Source: Dickeya dadantii NCPPB 898 (GTDB taxonomy: Bacteria > Pseudomonadota > Gammaproteobacteria > Enterobacterales > Enterobacteriaceae). Taken from it: 32,000 nucleotides of DNA. Under the pieces are notes generated by a model. It ran no database searches and had not been told where the DNA came from. It was given only the letters and a program-made list of their open reading frames with translations. Made by a program: the position numbers and the translations under genes. Location: contig NZ_CM001976.1 of assembly GCF_000406145.1 (NCBI RefSeq), positions 2,263,543-2,295,542 of the forward strand, in the 5' to 3' direction. Shown in pieces: positions 26,823 to 32,000 of the stretch (positions within the stretch are counted from its first letter, which is position 1; every line of letters begins with the position of its first letter).

Positions 26823-27839
26823 ATGGCGCAACCACTGACGGGAAAACACATTTTGGTTGTTGAGGATGAGGCTGTTTTCCGTTCCGTGCTGGCCGGTTAT
26901 CTGACATCTCTGGGCGCAGACGTGCATGAGGCGGATAACGGCAAGGATGCGCTGGAAAAAATGGCTCATCAGTCGCCCGACCTGATTATCTGCGATCTCA
27001 ACATGCCCATGATGGGCGGCTTCGAATTCGTCGAGCGGCTGCGGCTGCACGATATCATCACGCCGGTGTTGGTGGTGTCCGCCACCAGTCATCTGGCGGA
27101 CATCGCCAGGGTATTGCGCCTTGGCGTTCAGGATGTGCTGCTCAAACCTATCCATGACTACACCCGTTTGCGCGAATCGGTCATGGCCTGCCTGTACCCA
27201 ACGATGTTTACTTCGCAGGCCAATGAAGTCGAACAGCTGATGCATGACCTGGATACGCTGAATCAATCGCCGGGGGCCGCCTTGAAACTGCTGGAACAGT
27301 TGCAGCCGCCGGTTCAACAGACGCTGGCGCGCTGCCGGGTTAATTACCGACAACTGATGGCGGCGGACCGCCCAGGGCTGGTGCTCGACATTGCGGCGCT
27401 GTCCGGGGACGACCTGGCGTTTTATTGTCTTGATGTGACGCTGGCGGCCAACAATCACGGCGTGCTGGCGGCGTTGCTGCTACGGGCGCTGTTCAACAGC
27501 CTGTTGCAGGAGCATCTGGTGCATCAGCAGCGCCGGTTGCCCGAATTGCCGGTATTGCTCAATCAGGTTAACCAATTATTACGTCAGGCGAATTTGCAAG
27601 GGCAGTTTCCCTTGCTGGTCGGTTACTATCACCGGGAACTGAAACGGCTGATTCTGATTTCGGCGGGATTGCATGCCACCCTGAGTGTGGAAGAGCAACA
27701 CATTGGGCTAAATAACGGTGTGCCGTTGGGTACGCTGGAAGCCGCTTATCTTAATCAAATCAGCTATCAGTGCGAGTCATGGCAATGCCAGATGTGGGGC
27801 AGCGGTGGTCGTCTGCGCCTGATGCTTTCTACGGACTAA
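26823..27839 (+). CDS. rssB: RpoS-degradation adaptor / response regulator RssB (SprE)
   Basis: MAQPLTGKHILVVEDE.VFRS...PDLIICD..MP.M.G...LQPPVQQ....CRVNYRQL.AAD.PGLVLDIAALS.DDLAFYCLDVT is collinear with E. coli RssB. ATG 26823 follows AAGGGG. Confidence 0.96.
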   Translation: MAQPLTGKHILVVEDEAVFRSVLAGYLTSLGADVHEADNGKDALEKMAHQSPDLIICDLNMPMMGGFEFVERLRLHDIITPVLVVSATSHLADIARVLRLGVQDVLLKPIHDYTRLRESVMACLYPTMFTSQANEVEQLMHDLDTLNQSPGAALKLLEQLQPPVQQTLARCRVNYRQLMAADRPGLVLDIAALSGDDLAFYCLDVTLAANNHGVLAALLLRALFNSLLQEHLVHQQRRLPELPVLLNQVNQLLRQANLQGQFPLLVGYYHRELKRLILISAGLHATLSVEEQHIGLNNGVPLGTLEAAYLNQISYQCESWQCQMWGSGGRLRLMLSTD

Positions 27840-28039
27840 TCCGATATCTGCAAACCTCCCCGCACTTCAGACTAGGTGCATCTATCGTTATTATTTTTTA
27901 TTCCCTAGTATGTGGCTTATGATTTTTAATCACGCATCCAGATTGGTCGAGCATCGCGCATTGAACCTGATATACTTTCGCGGTTTTATGCGCCGGACAA
28001 ATAAAGCTCATTATTTGAACGATATATACGAGGTTGTTT

Positions 28040-28951
28040 ATGTCAACTGTTAATAAAAAAGTAAAAAAAGCGGTCATTCCAGTGGCTGGGTTGGGGACGC
28101 GTATGTTGCCTGCTACCAAGGCCATTCCCAAAGAAATGCTGCCGCTGGTCGATAAGCCGTTAATCCAGTATGTGGTTAATGAATGTATTGCTGCCGGTAT
28201 CAATGAAATAATTTTAGTTACACATTCTTCTAAGAATTCAATAGAAAACCATTTTGATACCAGCTTTGAACTGGAAGCCATGCTGGAAAAACGCGTTCAG
28301 CGCCAGCTGCTGAAAGAAGTTCAGTCTATTTGTCCGGAGCATGTCACTATTATGCAGGTTCGTCAGGGGCTGGCGAAAGGATTGGGGCACGCGGTACTTT
28401 GCGCTCATCCTTTGGTTGGCGATGAGCCGGTGGCGGTTATTTTGCCGGACGTAATTATCGACGAATATGAATCCGATCTGAAGAAAGACAACCTCAGTGA
28501 AATGCTGCAACGTTTTTATAGCACAGGCCATAGCCAGATTATGGTTGAGCCGGTGGAAAATGTCAGCAGCTACGGCGTGGTGGATTGCAAAGGCGTGGAA
28601 TTAAAACCGGGCGACAGCGCGCCGATGGTCGGCGTGGTGGAAAAACCCAAGGCGTCGGAAGCGCCGTCTAATTTGGCGGTAGTAGGGCGTTATGTGCTGT
28701 CCGAACAAATCTGGGATCTGTTGAAGAAAACAGAACCGGGCGCCGGTAATGAAATTCAGTTGACCGATGCTATCGCTATGCTGATGGAAAAAGAAACCGT
28801 TGAAGCTTATCACCTGAAAGGGGTAAGTCATGACTGCGGTAATAAGTTGGGATACATGACCGCATTTGTGGAATATGGTCTTCGCCATGACGCTCTGGGT
28901 GAAGATTTTACTCAGTGGCTGAAAGAGGCGATAGAAGAAGACGCCAATTAA
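28040..28951 (+). CDS. galU: UTP--glucose-1-phosphate uridylyltransferase
   Basis: [65 protein letters not shown] is near-identical to E. coli GalU. ATG 28040 follows ACGAGG. Confidence 0.97.
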   Translation: MSTVNKKVKKAVIPVAGLGTRMLPATKAIPKEMLPLVDKPLIQYVVNECIAAGINEIILVTHSSKNSIENHFDTSFELEAMLEKRVQRQLLKEVQSICPEHVTIMQVRQGLAKGLGHAVLCAHPLVGDEPVAVILPDVIIDEYESDLKKDNLSEMLQRFYSTGHSQIMVEPVENVSSYGVVDCKGVELKPGDSAPMVGVVEKPKASEAPSNLAVVGRYVLSEQIWDLLKKTEPGAGNEIQLTDAIAMLMEKETVEAYHLKGVSHDCGNKLGYMTAFVEYGLRHDALGEDFTQWLKEAIEEDAN

Positions 28952-28970
28952 TCTTCTCCCCCTGTACTTT

Positions 28971-29240
28971 TATACCCCAAATATTTGGGTTGCAGGACAA
29001 CACGCATTTCGTGTTGAACAACGCAACGCGTTGGCTCTCCAGGGCAAGGCTCATGATGAGCCTTGTAATGCGGCAAGAGAGTGAATCCCGATGAATTTAC
29101 GCAGGTAAGTGATTCGGGTGAACGGCGACGTGCCGGGAACCGAGTTGAACGCAGCTCGCTGCGGCCCCGAAGGGGGGAGGCCCATGAATGGGCCGAGTAA
29201 TAAAGTCAACACACCTGCAGCTTGCAGTATGATGGGTATA
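28971..29240. repeat. ERIC/IRU element, copy 2, enlarged by an internal insertion
   Basis: It has the same ends (TATACCCC...GGGTATA) and the same left arm as copy 1 (GCAGGACAACACGC...GTGTTGAACAACGCA.CGCGTTGGC...AGGGCAAGGCTC...GCCTTGTAA.GCGGCAA). The core is diverged with paired changes (GAATCCCGATGA...GATTCGGGTGAA). About 70 extra nt include the hairpin GGCCCAtgaaTGGGCC. Confidence 0.85.
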
Positions 29241-29272
29241 GTCAGTATGAGGCGTTTCTGAATCAGCGCAAT

Positions 29273-29303
29273 AAAAAAACACCCTTTGAAAGGGTGTTTT
29301 TTT
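29273..29303. terminator. bidirectional rho-independent terminator (hns; possibly also galU read-through)
   Basis: AAAAAAA-CACCCTTtgaAAGGGTG-TTTTTTT. The stem is flanked by an A-run and a T-run, and it lies 17 nt from the hns stop. Confidence 0.88.
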
Positions 29304-29319
29304 ATTATCGAGCTGTGAA

Positions 29320-29727
29320 TTACAGCAGGAAGTCATCCAGAGACTTGCCTTGTTCTTCGATTGCTTTCTTGATAACTGCCGGAGTACGGCCCTGACCGGT
29401 CCAGGTTTTCAGTTCGCCGTTTTCGTCGGTGTACTGATATTTAGCCGGGCGTGCTGCACGTTTGGCTTTACCGGCAACTTTGCTTGAACCCAAAGATTGC
29501 AGTAATTCGTTCGGGTCAATGCCATCGGCAATAAGCATTTCACGATACTGCTGTAATTTGCGTGTGCGTTCTTCAATTTCTGCCTGAGCCTGGTTTTCTT
29601 CTTCGCGGCGCTCGTTCACCACGACTTCCAGCTTTTCCAGCATTTCTTCCAGCGTTTCGAGGCTGCATTCTCTTGCCTGGGCACGCAGGGTGCGGATGTT
29701 GTTTAGAATCTTAAGTGCTTCGCTCAT
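29320..29727 (-). CDS. hns: nucleoid-associated DNA-binding protein H-NS
   Basis: [44 protein letters not shown]...[28 protein letters not shown] matches H-NS. The ORF-track start (29865) adds 46 AT-rich promoter-derived codons. Confidence 0.97.
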   Translation of the reverse strand: MSEALKILNNIRTLRAQARECSLETLEEMLEKLEVVVNERREEENQAQAEIEERTRKLQQYREMLIADGIDPNELLQSLGSSKVAGKAKRAARPAKYQYTDENGELKTWTGQGRTPAVIKKAIEEQGKSLDDFLL

Positions 29728-30113
29728 TGGATTAATCTCAAAATAAATATTAACGGTGACAGTACAGAGATAATAGAGTGCCGTTTTATTTTCTGCAATA
29801 GGTAAAATTGTCAGGTTGTTAAAATTTAGCAAATTTAAAACGAAAATCATGCGTTGACCGGCCAATATAAATTTCGGACAAGCCAGTTAATACATTCTGT
29901 TAGCGCGATCTGCAGCGGAAATAGCCATGTGGAGCGTATCGATAGTTTCTTTGAACTCCCATGATGGAACTATCTATATTACCAAACCACAGAATGATTA
30001 AGGGTGTGTGCGGAGCCTGAGCCGGACGCGACTAAACCCTCGTCAGCGGCAATACCTATGTTACAATAAATTTTAACGATTACTGACCGGTGAATGCCGT
30101 TGAACGAGGAGCC

Positions 30114-30713
30114 ATGGCGCAGCTTTATTTTTATTATTCCGCGATGAATGCAGGGAAATCCACCGCACTGTTACAGTCTTCATATAACTACCAGGAAAGG
30201 GGAATGCGGACCCTGGTGTTTACGGCTGAAATAGATGACCGTTCCGGGCGAGTCGGCGTCGTTAGTTCCCGCATCGGTCTCTCTTCACCGGCGTTATTGT
30301 TTAACGAACAGACAGATTTATTCCAGACGCTTGAGTTGGCGCATCGTCAGCAAACTATTCACTGTGTGTTAATTGATGAAAGTCAGTTTTTGACACGTGA
30401 ACAAGTGAATGCGCTGTGTGATGTCGTCGATCAATTAGACATTCCGGTCCTCTGTTATGGTCTGCGTACCGATTTCCGCGGGGAATTGTTCAGCGGCAGT
30501 CATTATTTATTGGCGTGGGCAGACAAACTGGTCGAACTTAAAACCGTCTGCCATTGCGGGCGTAAAGCGAATCACGTATTGCGGGTGGATTCGCATGGCA
30601 AGCCCGTCATTGAAGGTGAGCAAGTCGTTATCGGCGGAAATGAGAGTTACGTGTCGGTGTGTCGGAAGCATTATAAAATCGCCCTGGGATTGACCCGAGT
30701 AGAAACGGAATAA
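30114..30713 (+). CDS. tdk: thymidine kinase
   Basis: [33 protein letters not shown]...[38 protein letters not shown] matches E. coli Tdk. GAGGAG lies upstream of ATG 30114. Confidence 0.96.
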   Translation: MAQLYFYYSAMNAGKSTALLQSSYNYQERGMRTLVFTAEIDDRSGRVGVVSSRIGLSSPALLFNEQTDLFQTLELAHRQQTIHCVLIDESQFLTREQVNALCDVVDQLDIPVLCYGLRTDFRGELFSGSHYLLAWADKLVELKTVCHCGRKANHVLRVDSHGKPVIEGEQVVIGGNESYVSVCRKHYKIALGLTRVETE

Positions 30714-30726
30714 TCCATATCTATAT

Positions 30727-30744
30727 AGGCTAAGCATTTAGCCT
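30727..30744 (+). terminator. hairpin just downstream of tdk
   Basis: AGGCTAA-gcat-TTAGCCT lies 14 nt after the TAA. No U-run follows, so function is uncertain. Confidence 0.35.
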
Positions 30745-31008
30745 GGCTTATTAATAACCGGGTAGATGAAGCGATTATCCGGTTATCGCTCCTGGTAAAA
30801 ATTGATAATATAAATTAAATATTCGTTACCAGATGCGTATTTGCTGCTTTTTGCCGTTGTTTTCGCAGACGTGCTCCCTCGGCGTTATTGATGCGTTTTC
30901 CGGACCGCAATTCGTTTTCTGAGCCGAATAATCCCCTCGCCAGCAGCCCTGATGCATCAACCCCGTTTTACCGGCGTAACGCTCTCCGTCGCTGTAATGG
31001 ATGTTGTT

Positions 31009-31070
31009 GTAACGCGATAGTGGCTGTTACGCGCTAGTGGCTGTAGCGGGATAGTGGCTATAACGAGATA
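31009..31070. repeat. 17-bp tandem repeat, three full units plus degenerate flanking units
   Basis: GTAACGCGATAGTGGCT (31009-31025), GTTACGCGCTAGTGGCT (31026-31042) and GTAGCGGGATAGTGGCT (31043-31059), followed by the partial unit ATAACGAGATA. It is non-coding, in the tdk-adhE gap. Confidence 0.9.
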
Positions 31071-31231
31071 CTTACGGCGTGCTGGAGCTGACTGCCGGAT
31101 TACAGGGGATGGTGCGTTGGTGGCGGACTATATCTCAGAAATCTGTATCGCTGCAGACGGTGTCTCTCGCGGGTGATGACGGTAGCGGGGCGTCATTCTT
31201 GTTGTGGTATGACCAATCCCATTCCCTACCC

Positions 31232-31264
31232 AAAAAAAAGCCCTGCGCGTGTGCACAGGGCTTT
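31232..31264 (-). terminator. rho-independent terminator of adhE
   Basis: The minus strand reads AGCCCTG-tgcacacgcg-CAGGGCT followed by TTTTTTTT, 24 nt after the adhE TGA. Confidence 0.85.
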
Positions 31265-31286
31265 GAGTATGCAGCCGTCAGCGATA

Positions 31287-32000
31287 TCAGTTAACGGCTT
31301 TTTTCTCTTTCTTCTCGGCTTTTTCCGCCTTGGCGGGCACGCTGGCCGCAACTGGGGCGGTTTTGGTTTCGGTGACCGCATGTTCGACAAACGGACGGCC
31401 GTAGAACGAATCCAGCAGGATTTGTTTCAACTCGGCAATCAGCGGATAACGCGGGTTAGCGCCGGTACACTGATCGTCAAACGCATCTTCAGAGAGTTTA
31501 TCCACCTTGGCCAGGAAATCGGCTTCCTGTACGCCGGCTTCACGAATAGAGGTGGGAATACCCAGTTCCTTCTTCATGCTTTCCAGCCAGGCCAGCAGTT
31601 TTTCGATTTTCTGCGCCGTACGGTCGCCAGCGGCTCCCAGGCCCAGATGGTCGGCCACTTCGGCATAACGACGGCGTGCCTGCGGACGGTCGTACTGGCT
31701 GAATGCTGTCTGCTTGGTCGGGTTATCGTTGGCGTTATAGCGAATCACGTTGCTAATCAGCAGGGCATTGGCCAGGCCGTGCGGGATATGGAACTCCGAA
31801 CCCAGCTTGTGCGCCATGGAGTGGCAGACGCCCAGGAAGGCGTTAGCGAAGGCGATACCGGCGATTGTCGCCGCGTTATGAACGCGCTCGCGGGCCACCG
31901 GGTTTTTCGCGCCTTCACGGTAGCTGGTCGGCAGGTTATCTTTCAGCAGTTTCAGTGCCTGCAACGCCTGACCGTCGGAATATTCGTTCGCCAGCACGGA
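31287..32000 (-). CDS. adhE: bifunctional acetaldehyde-CoA/alcohol dehydrogenase AdhE, C-terminal part (5' end outside the window)
   Basis: The frame is open to the window edge. ...HNAATIAGIAFANAFLGVCHSMAHKLGSEFHIPHGLANALLISNVIRYNA...RYPLIAELKQILLD matches the iron-ADH domain and C-terminus of E. coli AdhE, followed by a lysine-rich tail. Confidence 0.96.
   Translation of the reverse strand, partial: SVLANEYSDGQALQALKLLKDNLPTSYREGAKNPVARERVHNAATIAGIAFANAFLGVCHSMAHKLGSEFHIPHGLANALLISNVIRYNANDNPTKQTAFSQYDRPQARRRYAEVADHLGLGAAGDRTAQKIEKLLAWLESMKKELGIPTSIREAGVQEADFLAKVDKLSEDAFDDQCTGANPRYPLIAELKQILLDSFYGRPFVEHAVTETKTAPVAASVPAKAEKAEKKEKKAVN

Noticed and set aside
26350-27458. 185-aa and 213-aa minus-strand ORFs
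   Set aside because: They are antisense to rssA and rssB, both confidently identified, and they have no ribosome-binding sites.
27898-28281. 127-aa minus-strand ORF overlapping the galU start
   Set aside because: It is antisense to the highly conserved galU N-terminus and extends into the AT-rich galU promoter region, so it is an artefact.
31009-31070. Possible CRISPR array
   Set aside because: The units are contiguous with no spacers, only 17 bp long and few in number, and no cas genes are nearby. It is an ordinary tandem repeat.
31079-31294. 71-aa plus-strand ORF in the tdk-adhE gap
   Set aside because: It has a non-ATG start and no Shine-Dalgarno sequence. It runs through the adhE terminator hairpin and into the adhE stop codon, so it is unlikely to be translated.

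Overview
This is a core chromosomal segment of an Enterobacterales genome. Gene content, the H-NS and GapA sequences and the base composition suggest a Pectobacteriaceae-like organism, but that assignment is inference. Nearly every gene has a recognisable E. coli K-12 counterpart, and two K-12 neighbourhoods are joined here. The first runs yeaQ, yeaH-yeaG, mipA, yeaE, yeaD-gapA, msrB, yeaC, pncA-ansA, sppA, ydjA-topB, a ynjH-like gene and xthA. The second runs tRNA-Tyr, purU-ychJ, rssA-rssB, galU, hns, tdk and the 3' part of adhE. The only clearly accessory block is a GC-rich four-gene Nik/Opp-type ABC importer (952-5855: two ATPases, a lipoprotein binding protein and a fused double permease). 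Its promoter region carries a 23-bp Zur-type palindrome, which suggests a zinc-starvation-induced metal-chelate uptake system. The most informative non-coding signals are as follows: a tandem glycine riboswitch with its own near-consensus promoter, in front of a UPF0126/YicG-like membrane protein, located at the junction of the two K-12-like neighbourhoods; a well-spaced sigma54 promoter for yeaG-yeaH; a perfect CRP-type palindrome between gapA and msrB; a Cra/FruR-type operator in front of yeaC; two ERIC/IRU repeat elements, one carrying an internal insertion; and a 17-bp tandem repeat in an unusually long, gene-free gap between the convergent tdk and adhE genes. I saw no CRISPR array, IS element, prophage or defence genes. 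I do not see a convincing wholly novel multi-gene system. The Zur-box ABC locus and the riboswitch-controlled membrane protein are the best candidates for follow-up. All family calls come from reading the translated ORFs and recalling motifs, with no database search.
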